From: an uncultured Gammaproteobacteria bacterium
GTDB lineage: Bacteria; Pseudomonadota; Gammaproteobacteria; Arenicellales; JAANXG01
NCBI GenBank assembly: GCA_963731035.1
Contig: CAVSUY010000015.1
Location: forward strand, 50,955-114,954
Length of the DNA: 64,000 bases
Reading direction: 5' to 3'
Shown: positions 40,350-51,100 of the stretch, piece after piece
Numbering within the stretch: position 1 is the stretch's first letter
Layout: every line of letters starts with the position of its first letter
Translations under genes and position numbers: made by a program
The notes under the pieces: model-generated
The model's input: only the letters and a program-made list of their open reading frames with translations
What the model was told of the DNA's origin: nothing
Databases searched by the model: none

Positions 40350-41087
40350 ATGCCAATCTCCTCCTCCAATGCCATTTCCCGGTTCGTCCATCTCTACAAA
40401 GGCGTCGAGAACTTCTATTTCCTCAACCAGGCGGGCGAGCTTGGCTACATCAAGGCTGGCGAGCTGCGGTCCGTCAAGGAAACGTTCCCTCAACTCAAGG
40501 ATCGAACCTTCGTGAACTCGAACCCGCAATTCCTGGCAGAGCTCGAAGAATTCCTGCGCGAGCTCGGGGAGATCTCAATGGCCTATCTCGACACGCCGCC
40601 CTACGATCTGGAGCTCGGCTACGTGCTGCCGGCCGGCGACCAGTACCAATGGCGAACTTCCACGCTGGTACTGCACAAGCACGTGTTGGACGGGTTGCAC
40701 GCGGACCACGACCAGATGCTGAAGAGCGGCACCAAGGAGCTGATTGAAACCGAACGGGATCTTTCCCGCGTCGCCGGTGTTCGAAGCATCCACCAGGGGC
40801 TCGACGAGCTCACACATCACCAGGATGCGTTCGGCGTGTACCGGTATTTCCCCGCCCTGTTCGTCGTAGCCGAAGACCCCGACGCGTCGCCCGCACAGCG
40901 GTCCAAGTCGAATCTGCGCGTCATCAACCTTCGCTGGCGGGATGGCACATCCGGCGCGCGAGCCGATGCCGCCGGGAACCCGCGACGTAGGCGGGAGTTG
41001 GTATTTTCCGTGCTGCGCGAGAACCTCACCCACCGTGGCGCCATAGACCGCAGCCAGCGCCTCGAGAACCGGTTTTCCATCGCCTGA
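40350..41087 (+). CDS. Hypothetical protein, 245 aa, no family recognised
   Basis: Only ORF of size in a 1.2 kb gap. It is preceded by an AT- and purine-rich 280-bp region. Codon usage looks like the rest of the window. No TM segment, signal peptide or motif that I can name. Confidence 0.5.
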   Translation: MPISSSNAISRFVHLYKGVENFYFLNQAGELGYIKAGELRSVKETFPQLKDRTFVNSNPQFLAELEEFLRELGEISMAYLDTPPYDLELGYVLPAGDQYQWRTSTLVLHKHVLDGLHADHDQMLKSGTKELIETERDLSRVAGVRSIHQGLDELTHHQDAFGVYRYFPALFVVAEDPDASPAQRSKSNLRVINLRWRDGTSGARADAAGNPRRRRELVFSVLRENLTHRGAIDRSQRLENRFSIA

Positions 41088-41313
41088 GTCAGCCGGGATT
41101 CCCCGCGAACGGGAACAACGAACGGTCCACACCGCTATCGAGCCATTGGCTCGGCCTTGCTGCCGTCCTGGCCCGATCCACAGAAACGCGCACGCCGCCT
41201 TTGCTCCAGACGATCGCGGCATTTCCTCCATCCGTCGAGATCGGTAAATGCGGCATATCGCGGGAGGGCGAGACGCCGTCGACCCAAAGGAGGGTCCATG
41301 GAGGTGAAAAAAA

Positions 41314-41389
41314 TGGTGCCAGCGAGAGGAGTCGAACCTCCGACCTGCCGATTACGAATCGGCTGCTCTACCAGCTGAGCTACGCTGGC
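41314..41389 (-). tRNA. tRNA-Thr (anticodon CGU)
   Basis: Reverse complement GCCAGCGTAGCTCAGCTGGTAGAGCAGCCGATTCGTAATCGGCAGGTCGGAGGTTCGACTCCTCTCGCTGGCACCA folds as a cloverleaf: 7-bp acceptor, GCTC/GAGC D stem, GCCGA/TCGGC anticodon stem, loop TTCGTAA, encoded CCA. Confidence 0.92.
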
Positions 41390-41438
41390 AACGGGGGCGC
41401 GATTATACAATAAGGCCGGAGCGACACCAGCATTCCCG

Positions 41439-42110
41439 TCACTCGGAGAGGCCGTCCGCGACGTTGCCGGCGCAGTTCGACGACCCGATCTGGTCCACCC
41501 GCGAGCGACCCGTCTGCGAAATGACTACCACCCGGCCGGCGGAGTTCGATGCATTCTGGGCGGCGGAAAGGTCAGCTGCGGAGCTCACGAGACAGATTAC
41601 ATGGCGGGCGGTCAGTCCCGCACCGTTGACGTCGTTGGGATCGAGGGTGCCGTTAGGCATGAAGCTGAACGCATTGTCGCCCTCTCCGTTGCCCCGGATC
41701 GTGACCTTCTGGCTTTCTGCGCGTCCCGTGCGCAGCAGTTGATTGGAAGCGGCGATGAAATTGATCGGCTGGGCGTTGCCGGCTGAGGTGAAGATCAGGT
41801 AGCCGCTGTGGTAGTTGGGAATACCACTGGCAGACCCCGATTGGCTCACGCCGCAGGTGCAGTTGGCGGTACCGTTGCAGGCATCCGGCGTGACGGTGCG
41901 GCAGACGGTCACCCGCTGGCCCCGGGTGATCGCCTCGTTTCTGGCATAGTTGAGCACGGCCACCCAATTGTTCGTCTCCGACGTCAGGGTGGTCCGGTTG
42001 ATGAATCGCTGAAAGCTCGGCACACCCCAGACCAGCAGCAACGCGGCCACTATCAGGGTGATCATCAGTTCAATCAGGGTAAAACCGGTCGCTCTGTCTG
42101 TTCCTCGCAT
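41439..42110 (-). CDS. Type IV minor pilin of the FimT/FimU (GspH-like) family
   Basis: Prepilin N-terminus TG|FTLIELMITLIVAALLL, then SFQRFINRTTLTSETNNWVAVLNYARNEAI, typical of GspH/FimT. Confidence 0.8.
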   Translation of the reverse strand: MRGTDRATGFTLIELMITLIVAALLLVWGVPSFQRFINRTTLTSETNNWVAVLNYARNEAITRGQRVTVCRTVTPDACNGTANCTCGVSQSGSASGIPNYHSGYLIFTSAGNAQPINFIAASNQLLRTGRAESQKVTIRGNGEGDNAFSFMPNGTLDPNDVNGAGLTARHVICLVSSAADLSAAQNASNSAGRVVVISQTGRSRVDQIGSSNCAGNVADGLSE

Positions 42111-42272
42111 GGTTCACCAAGGTCGTAGAAGTCTCAAAGAGGTCCCGGATTCGAGATTAAACCAGTATAGACGGGATTCCCAGATCTCGACACCGAAGGT
42201 CTTTTCCGGCAAGGCACGCAACCGCGGCGGCAAGACCGCAGGAACGGTTTATCCGCCGATCAACCATGGACA

Positions 42273-42300
42273 ATCGCGGCTGAAGCCGCTCCCACAATCC
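42273..42300. repeat. Single REP copy
   Basis: ATCGCGGCTGAAGCCGCTCCCACAATCC (1 mismatch to consensus). Confidence 0.85.
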
Positions 42301-42333
42301 GGGGATATTTGTCTTTGACGCAGTGAACTGGCG

Positions 42334-42759
42334 CTAGGATTTCGCGGTGCGGCGGATGCGGACGATGACGTCGACCCCCTCGATCTGCACACCGTCGGTC
42401 GGCTCGGGGAGCGCCCCGATCCGGACCTCGCTGGCGTCGATATCCTCCAGGCGGCCGGACTCGACGTCGTAAAAGTGGTGATGAGGCGTCATGTTGGAGT
42501 CATAGAAAACCTTGCTGGGATCCACCAGAACCTGGCGGAGCAGGCCCTTTTCCACAAACAGGCCCAGGGTGTTGTAGATCGTGGCCTTGGAAACACGACT
42601 GCCGGACCCGTTGACCTCTTCGTACAGCTGCTCGGCGGAGAAATGCGTGGGCCGCGTAAGCACCATACCGCCTATCTGGAGACGCTGGGCGGTGGGCATC
42701 ACGCCATGGCTACGCAGGATCGTGTCTACCGATGCGGGTGTTTGGTCCGGGTGCTTCAT
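42334..42759 (-). CDS. Fur-family transcriptional regulator, Irr-like (no CxxC, HHH motif)
   Basis: Start at ATG 42759 (MKHPDQTP). PTAQRLQIG ... SAEQLYEEV ... VSKATIYNTLGLFVEKGLLRQV winged helix, then TPHHHFYDVESGRLEDID and ..VDVIVRIRR. The Fur structural CxxC pairs are absent. Confidence 0.8.
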   Translation of the reverse strand: MKHPDQTPASVDTILRSHGVMPTAQRLQIGGMVLTRPTHFSAEQLYEEVNGSGSRVSKATIYNTLGLFVEKGLLRQVLVDPSKVFYDSNMTPHHHFYDVESGRLEDIDASEVRIGALPEPTDGVQIEGVDVIVRIRRTAKS

Positions 42760-43048
42760 AACAGTGCCGGATTGTAGTGTTAGACTCGTTCTAAGTCTAA
42801 CTTTTCCCAGCCAGCCGGCTGCGGTCTGCCTAACGCCTCGCAAGCTGTCTCTCCATGGTGCGCCGCACAAGTCACGGCAAAACACGTGTATGACACAGGC
42901 CGTCCGACTTGCCGCCTCCCCACGTGAAGCTAAACTTTATTGAGGAAGCCCGAAAGGGCCCTAAATATTTTCGACAATTCCTAATACGTGGACTAGACTT
43001 ACCGCTAATATGGGCAGCAATGAACATTTCCGGTAAAACAGAAATAGA

Positions 43049-43132
43049 CCGTTCGTCTACTAAATATGACCGTATATCTATTAAAATGATCCGTTCATCT
43101 GACTTAGCATCGACTTCCGAGCACCGTTCGTC
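43049..43132 (+). promoter_or_regulatory. Four direct CCGT(T/A)(C/T)(G/A)TC boxes (AlgR/LytTR-type) upstream of, or overlapping, the 5' end of pilV
   Basis: CCGTTCGTC 43049-43057, CCGTATATC 43070-43078, CCGTTCATC 43091-43099, CCGTTCGTC 43124-43132, all in the same orientation. Spacing is 21, 21 and 33 bp, inside an AT-rich stretch. Confidence 0.55.
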
Positions 43133-43631
43133 GGTCTGGGGGCAAGCTGTTTGTGCGCCGCAGCATCGATCGTCGCAGAGCGGGTTCTCCCTGCTCGAGG
43201 CCTTGGTGACCCTGCTCATCCTGTCCATCGGATTGATGGGGCTGGCTTTGCTGCAGGCTCAGGGAATGCATCTGAATACCAGCGCCTACACCCGTACCCA
43301 GGCCTCCATACTGGCAGGCGATATCATCGACCGCATGCGGCTGAACGCAGCCAACGCCGCATCTTACGACACGAGTTCGTTCAGCCCGACCCCGTCCAGC
43401 TGCAGCGACACCTCGGCCCCGAGCGCCGACAATGACCGGAATTGCTGGTACCAGCTGCTTCGAACCTCACTGCCGGGCGGAAGCGGCGGCATAGCGGTGA
43501 ACAGCGGCATCGTCACCATCACCGTCAGCTGGGTCGAGCGGCCCGGGGCGACCCGAGGCAAGGATTTCGATCCCAGCACCCTGACATCCGCGGATCTGAT
43601 TCAACAGATGTCGATGAAGGTCGCACTATGA
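43086..43631 (+). CDS. pilV: Type IV pilus minor pilin PilV (start codon uncertain)
   Basis: HRSSQSG|FSLLEALVTLLILSIGLMGLALLQAQ prepilin signature plus the PilV-like body. The only in-frame canonical start is ATG 43086, giving an unusually long 33-residue leader. Confidence 0.78.
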   Translation: MIRSSDLASTSEHRSSVWGQAVCAPQHRSSQSGFSLLEALVTLLILSIGLMGLALLQAQGMHLNTSAYTRTQASILAGDIIDRMRLNAANAASYDTSSFSPTPSSCSDTSAPSADNDRNCWYQLLRTSLPGGSGGIAVNSGIVTITVSWVERPGATRGKDFDPSTLTSADLIQQMSMKVAL

Positions 43632-44590
43632 TCACGAAATATCGGTATTCCCGCGGCTTTTCGCTTACCGAGCTCCTGGTGGCGATGGTGATCGGTTTGG
43701 TCTTGCTCGGCGGCCTGGTAACCCTGATGGTCAACTCGAAGAAGAATTACTCCCAGCAGGAGTACAGCGCCCGTCTGCAGGAGAACGCGCGCTTCGCCAT
43801 GCAGTTCCTCACCTACGACGTCCGCATGGCCGGCTACTTCGGCTGCTCCAACAACATCATCAACAGCACCGTCGCCCCCATCACTTCCACGGAGAGCGCC
43901 AGCAGCGCCTCCGACAGCATCACCATTATCTACGGCGAACCGTACGATCCCGGGTCCGAGGTCACCCTCGATCCCGCCGCCTACGAGCCTTACAGCACGC
44001 CGAACACCCTGGTTGTCAACGGCACCATCCCATCCGAGTGGAAAGAGAACGACACCTTGGTCATCGGGGACTGCGGGAGCAATTCCATCGCCGATATAGC
44101 CGCCGACGGTATCAACACGTCGACCAACAGTATCGTGCTGGATCTCTCCAATACCTCGGCCGGCTCCCTGGGGCGCACGTACGATCCCAACATCACCACC
44201 GGCGGTCCCATCACGGTTCGTCGCCTGGTCACCAACGTCTACACGATTGCGAACGGCCAGAGCGGCATCCCGACCCTGATGCGCAATAACCAGGAACTGG
44301 TGGAAGGCATCGAAAACCTGCAATTGCTCTACCAGAGCCTGTCGGGCGGCGGCTTCGTCAACGGCGCTAGTCCGCCCTCCAACATTGCGGCAGTTCGGTT
44401 GGCGGCCCTGGTTCGCAGCGTGAGCAATGAGAACCTGAACGATCGGGAATACGGATCAGGCTCGGATATTAGCGAGGACAAGGGCCAGTACACGCTGCTC
44501 GGAACGAACGTAAGCTCGGATACCCCGACCATCCGCGGCCAACGGCGGATATTCAATAGCACCCTGATGGTGAGGAATCATTCGCTATGA
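43628..44590 (+). CDS. pilW: Type IV pilus minor pilin PilW
   Basis: Internal ATG 43628 overlaps the pilV stop (ATGA). YSRG|FSLTELLVAMVIGLVLLGGLV. Confidence 0.85.
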   Translation: MITKYRYSRGFSLTELLVAMVIGLVLLGGLVTLMVNSKKNYSQQEYSARLQENARFAMQFLTYDVRMAGYFGCSNNIINSTVAPITSTESASSASDSITIIYGEPYDPGSEVTLDPAAYEPYSTPNTLVVNGTIPSEWKENDTLVIGDCGSNSIADIAADGINTSTNSIVLDLSNTSAGSLGRTYDPNITTGGPITVRRLVTNVYTIANGQSGIPTLMRNNQELVEGIENLQLLYQSLSGGGFVNGASPPSNIAAVRLAALVRSVSNENLNDREYGSGSDISEDKGQYTLLGTNVSSDTPTIRGQRRIFNSTLMVRNHSL

Positions 44591-45102
44591 AGCGGCACAT
44601 GACCCGGATCCATTCGTTCCCGTCATCGTCGCCCCAGGCCCAGCGGGGCATCGTCCTGGTGGTGGGGCTTGTTTTCCTGCTGGTGCTCACCATCATAGGC
44701 GTCACCTCCCTGCGGACCACCACCCTGGAGGAGCGCATGGCCGGAAACCTGCAGCAGCGCACCGTCGCCTTTCAGGACGCGGAGGCCAAGATCGCGCTGG
44801 TGCTGGACAGCTTGAATACCGGCCAGTACAACCTCGATACCAACGACAGCTGCAGCTCGCTGGATCCCAGCACCTATCCGCCGGCAGTGAACCCCGACGT
44901 GGTCTCGAGCTATCACACCTGCGAGCAGTTCATCGGCAGCTCGACACCCGGCAGGCTCACCGACACGGCCGAAGGCAGCCAGACTTCCCTGCTGCATTTT
45001 CGCATTGAAAGCCAATCCACCACGGTAGGCAACGCCAACGTCACGCTGCAGCAGGGCGTGTATCAACGCGGCCCGAACGCACCGTCCATTCTGGAAGAGT
45101 AA
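44587..45102 (+). CDS. pilX: Type IV pilus minor pilin PilX
   Basis: ATG overlaps the pilW stop (ATGA). QRGIVLVVGLVFLLVLTIIGVTSLRTTTLEERMAGN matches the PilX N-terminal domain. Confidence 0.8.
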   Translation: MKRHMTRIHSFPSSSPQAQRGIVLVVGLVFLLVLTIIGVTSLRTTTLEERMAGNLQQRTVAFQDAEAKIALVLDSLNTGQYNLDTNDSCSSLDPSTYPPAVNPDVVSSYHTCEQFIGSSTPGRLTDTAEGSQTSLLHFRIESQSTTVGNANVTLQQGVYQRGPNAPSILEE

Positions 45103-45140
45103 GCCAAACTCCCGGCGAAATTAACCAAAGGTCCACGGCG

Positions 45141-48100
45141 ATGGTCAAGCAACACCAAGAACGCAAATACCACATGTTCAAACGCTTTTATATTATCGCG
45201 GCCGCCGCCTTGTATTTCGGCTGCTCCCTGTGGACGGGGCTACGCGCCGACGATGCGGCGATCTACGTGAACAAGGTGCCGTCGGCGGAGACGCCCAACG
45301 TGTTGTTCACCATCGACACCAGCGGCAGTATGGATACCGTCGTCCCGAATGGAACCCAGACGCGGATCGAAGCGGTCAAGTCCGCCTTGACCGATCTCGT
45401 CACCACCACCAGCAATTTGAAGGCCGGCCTGGAGCGATTTCATTATGAGCTGGGCGCTCCCATCGTCTTTCCGGTCATCAACCTGGACTCCGCCCCTGAC
45501 TTCCTCAACGGTTCGGTTTCGGTGTCGTCGATCGATCGATCGTCGGACGATGCCGCCGAAAGAAACGAGCCAGGTCTATCTCGACGACCGGTCGCTGAAT
45601 CTGACGCAGATCCAAACCGGAGGGGATGCCACTGTCAAGACCTTGGAACTGAGTCCACTCACGTCCAACGACGACGACGAGGCCGGCACCGCCGGCAACG
45701 AAACCCTGACCAGCCCCGACCTGGACGTCGGACAAACGAATGCCGGCGTCCGTTTCCCTGGCGTAACCATCCCCCGCAATGCCACGATTCTCCATGCGGA
45801 AGTGGAGTTCCGTCGAGAACAGCGGGCACAACGAGGATACGGATCTTCGGATATCTGGACACAATGTCAGCAATTCACCTGCTTTCACGGAGACCGGCGC
45901 CAACTCGGTGACATCGCGTTTTACCGCTCAGACCAATGCCCGCGTTGACTGGAGCAATGTCTCCTCCCTTTCGGCCGGCGACCATGTGACCACCCCGAAC
46001 GTGCGGAACATCATTCAGGAAATCGTTAACCGGAACGACTGGCCGACTACGGGCGGCAATCCGATCACCCTCCTCTTTGAGTCCCTCAGAGGACACCGCG
46101 AACTGAGCACCGTGGACGGCCCCGCGGCGCCCGTGCTGCGCATTGAGTACGTGGACTCCGGGACCAAAGTGCAGCAGCAGGTGCAGGAGCAGCAACGATG
46201 ACGGCAACGAAGTCTCCGGGCGAACCTGACGACCAATTACTATGGGTTCTCCATGCTGCACAACTACTTCAACAACTACGACTACAGCGATGCAGGCGTG
46301 CTGTTCCGGAATGTCGATATCCCCGATGACGCGGTGGTGGTGTGGTCGGATATCGCATTTCACGACCCGACAACGAGCAGCTCTCCGCTCCCGTCGACCT
46401 GGTGATCAAGCGGCATCCTGAACCCCTCCTTGGGCGGGTTCAGCAACGGCAACCGGATATCGACCCAACCCCTTACCACCTCCACGGTGGACTGGGTGGG
46501 CGATCTGAGCGAAGGGGACGAAGAGATCTTCACCCCCAACGACGGAGAGACCCTCTGGACGCCGAACCTGGCCCCACTCGTCGAAGAGATGCGGGCAAAT
46601 ACTTCATTCCAAAACGGCGATACCTTGGGTTTCGTCTTCACCGATCCCGATGGAGGCGACGTCAACGATCGTCAGGCGTGTTCCTTTGACGGCGCGCAGA
46701 ATACCGGCAAGAAGGGTGTCCCGAGGGCGCGGCCGGAAAGCCGACCCTCAACGTCTTCTACGCGTTCCCGACGGGAGCCACGACATTGCAGCAAGACGTC
46801 GGTCTTCGGTTCAACAACGTCCAGGTTCCGCAGGGCGCAACCATCACAAGCGCATCGCTGGAATTCACCGTGGACGCGGCGACTACGGATCCCGGCAATC
46901 TCACCATCGCCATCGAGGACAGCACCAGTCCGCAGACCTATTCCAACGACAGCGGACAGAAGATCAGCGACCGTGCGTATGGTACGTCCACCATCTGGAC
47001 TACCGACACCTGGGACATGATCGGCGACACCAAGCAAAGTGTGGACATCTCGTCTCTGGTGTCCTCGGTGACCGGCAAGACTGGCTGGTGCGGCGGCGGC
47101 TCACTGGCCTTTCGTATCACCAGCACCGATGCCAATTTGATCGCCCAGGCGTTCGACAAGGGCGCCAGCGGCGCCCCCACTCTCCGGGTCGCGTACAGGA
47201 CTGACACCCTTGGCAGCGGTGAGGGCTGCACCACGAGGAAGACATCGGTATCGATCAACGACCAGCGCAACGATTCGGAGGAAGCCAAGTACAACCTGGG
47301 TGGCTAGGGCCAGAATAGATACAACAAGGGTGACATAGACCTCTACAGCAGCGACCTGGATCTCGACGACCAATGGCTCGTCGGCCTCCGTTTCGAAAAT
47401 GTCGACGTTCCAGCCGGGGCAACGATCACCGAGCGCCAATCTGTACATGAGCTCCGCGAACTTCGACAGCGGCGAAGACAAAGTTTTGATCAATGTGCAG
47501 CAGCATCCGAATGCGCCGTCCTTCTCCAACGGCAGAAACAACCTCAGCAACCGAGTGAGCGATACCGTCGCACCGGTGACGTGGGATATTACGAACGATT
47601 GGAACCAGAATGGCATCTATTCGACCCAGGACAACGGCACCGATCTTACATCGCTGCTGCAGCCCATCATCGACGGCGACGTGACCGTCAACGGCGAGAC
47701 ATGGGCATCGGGGAACGCGCTGGCGCTGATCCTGGACGGCGGCCAAGGGCCGCAGAATCGACGAGGAGCATCCTGCTGCGGTTTTCCGTTGCCGGCCCGC
47801 CTGGATATCTCTTATCAGATCAACTTGGGCGATCAACCCAACCCGGCGAAATCACCGGGCGGGACGCCTTGTTGAGCATTGTCAACGATCTGGTCGCCAG
47901 CGGCTATACTCCTCCGGTGGACGCCTTGTACGAGGCAGGCGCCTATTTTGCAGGCGAAGCCGTGCACTTTGGCCGCACCCGCGGCGCCGGACAGAGCTAC
48001 GAGGCCACGGGACCGACCGATGAAGGGATATACACCAGCGACCTGGATTCGGACCTCATAAACAGATTCGGCCAGCCGCTGACCGACGCCGAGCTGCTGC

Positions 48101-51100
48101 GGGAAGGCGATCGCAGCCGGTTGAGTCATCCGGCGACCTACGGGGGTGGTGTCGATATCATCCGGGAGGGCAATTGCACGGCGACCGATCCCAATAATAG
48201 CGACTGCCGGACGGAGCATATGGCCAACGATGCACGAATGCGACCTATGATGTCGCCGTTCTCCACCGCCCAGGCCTGTGAAAAAGGATTCCTGGTGCTG
48301 CTGAGTGACGGCATCGCCAACCGCAACAGCTCCAGGGAACTGATCAAGACCCTCACGGGCCGAACCTCGTGCCCGATGCGGATTCCCCAGATCGACAACA
48401 ACGGCGACGCGATCATCAACAGCGGCAGCTTCTCTTTCCGCGATCCCACATCCGACTGAGCAGTGTGGCCTGGAGGTGGCTGATTACCTGCAGAAGACCG
48501 ATTTCATCCCCGAGGCCAATCCTGCCACCGACGTGTTGAACAACGTGCGCACCTTCACGATCGGCTTCAACCTGCCGATCGCGAACAGCACCGAGAACCG
48601 TCGGGCGGTCGAATTCCTGAAGGCTCTGGCTTTCGTCGGCAACGGCGGCGACCTGAATGATCCGAATGGCGTACCAGGACCTCAACTACGGAGACGACTT
48701 CTACACGGCCGACAACGCGGACCAGCTCAAAGATGTATTCAAGACCATCGTCAACGAGATCAACAAGGAAACCACGTCGTTCGTGGCTCCCGGTATATCG
48801 ATCAACGCCTTCAACCGCCTGTTCAACTTGAACGATATCTATTTCAGCCTTTTCCGTCCGGATGACAGAAGGTCGGCTGGCTGGGCAATATGAAGAAGTT
48901 CAAGCTGTGCGAGGAGAAGAACAGCGATACGTGTTCGTTCGGCGAGGTTATCGACAAGAACGGCAATCCCGCGGTGTACAGCGACATCACCAACCTGGAC
49001 AGCCTACGGCACCCTGAAGCCGGAGGCCCAGGGCTTCTGGAGCGACCCCGCGGACAGCGCGCCGGAGATAAACCAGGGCGGTGCCGGGGAGAAAATCCCG
49101 CCCTACACCGCGCGCAAGGTATACGTGAATACCAGCAGCGGCGCCGTTACCCCGCCGACCGACTTCAGCAACGTGAAGACGACCGGCACGGCACTCCATC
49201 CGATCGACCTAACCAGCAACGACGTGGACGGCGCCGGCACGGCGGACGACCCGACTTCCTTTACGGGCTTGAAGGCGGCGCTGCGCGACCAGGGCAACTG
49301 TACTACGGGGACCTTCGCCGAACAGAATGCCTGCCTCAACGACCTGATCTACTGGATGACGGGAGAGAAGTTCCCCGGTGACCTGCCAAGGTACGGCAAC
49401 GATAGCGACGTGGACCGCTGGGCTTTCGGCGATCCCATGCACAGCCGACCCCTGGTGCTCACCTACGGAAAGGATGACGCCACCGACACCATACTGTCGA
49501 AGATCTTCGTCGGTACGAACGACGGCGGCATTCGTATGCTCAACGAGGGAAACGGCATCGAAGAGTGGATCTTCTACCCGAACTCCATGCTGTCTTTGCA
49601 GTCCAGTCTAAAGGGCAACCCCAACGGCACCCATCTGTACGGCGTCGACGCCACTCCGACCGCGCGAATTCGCAACGTGAACGGGGACGGGATCATCGAC
49701 CCCACCGATGGAGACTTCGTGGACCTGTACTTCGGCCTGCGTCGGGGCGGCCGGCAGATCTTCGCCCTGAACGTGACGCCTGACTCCGAGGTCATCGGGG
49801 TCACCGACAACGATGGTAACGTCGTCGGCAAGAAAGGACCTCGTCGAGCCTGAGCTCCTGTGGCGCATCGACAGTACCGATAACAAGTTCACAGCGCCTC
49901 GGCCAGACCTGGAGCACGCCGCTGCCGGTGCGCATCGCCGGTGCCAACGGTCCGCGCACGGTGCTGATATTCGGCGGCGGCTACGATACGCGCCAAGACG
50001 GCACCGACACTGACGGCACTTCCCCGGATGGCGGAGACATCTATAACAACTCGAGCAACGGCGATTCCATGGGTAATGCCATATTCATCGTCGATGCCGA
50101 TACCGGCGAGCGCCTGTGGTGGGCCAGCAGCAGCAGCGACGGCAATGGCGACGCCCCCGACGCAGTCGTCAGCTCGATGAACACCGCCATCCCAGCCCCG
50201 ATCACCCCGTTGGATACCAACGAGGACGGACTGATCAGACCGGCTGTACGCTGTGGATCTTCGGGGACAGGTGTTTCGTGTCGATTTGGCAGTCACCAAA
50301 AACGCCACCACCGGTGAAAGCGACTTCAGTAGCAGCACCGTCGGTGTACTGGCGCGGCTGGGAACCGATGCCACAAACGAGGACCGCCGGAAGTTTTTCT
50401 ACGCACCCGAAGTCGCCCGCGTCAACGACGAGGCAGTGGTGCAGGAGCCGTACGAGCTGATTGGTATCGTCAGCGGCAATCGCGCCCAGCCTCAGGGCAA
50501 GACCGTTCAGGACCGCGCCTACGGGGTGCGCGACTTCCTGACCGACAATCCCGCCGCCGGACTGAGCAGCACCAACTTCCCGGCCTGCAATCCCTTGCTC
50601 ACCGGCTGCACTCCGGGAACACCCATCACCAACAGCGACCTCACGGACGTCACCGACAAGAGCGCGTTCGTGATTCGCCAACAGGACGGTGGGACGATTT
50701 CCCTGACCAATGCCAGCGGCACCGACCTGACTTCGTCGGATACCGCCCTGACCAACCTGAAGAACAGCTACGGCTGGTACTTCGACCTGCAGGGCGACGA
50801 ACTACGACTCTCAGGATCCGAACCCGCCGCTGACCGGGGAGAAGGGCTTCTCGACCGCAACGGTGCTGGGTGGACGGGAGTTCTGCACCACCTTCACGCC
50901 TCCGGGCGAGACTACCGACACCACCGACGTGTGCTCGGCACCCGCGGCCATCGGTACGTCGAGGTTCTATGCGGTAGACTTCTTCACCGGAGCGCCGGCC
51001 TTCGACCGGAACGCGGATAACACCTTCGACAAAGTCGAGCGCTTCACGAGCCTCGGCGCCGGACCTTCGGCGGATATCGTGCCGGCCTATCTGCCGGGCG

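Noticed and set aside
41087-41439. Integrated element at tRNA-Thr.
   Set aside because: There is no integrase, no repeat of the tRNA 3' end and no compositional break on either side within the window. The flanking genes (a hypothetical gene and the fimT-like gene) give no evidence of mobility.
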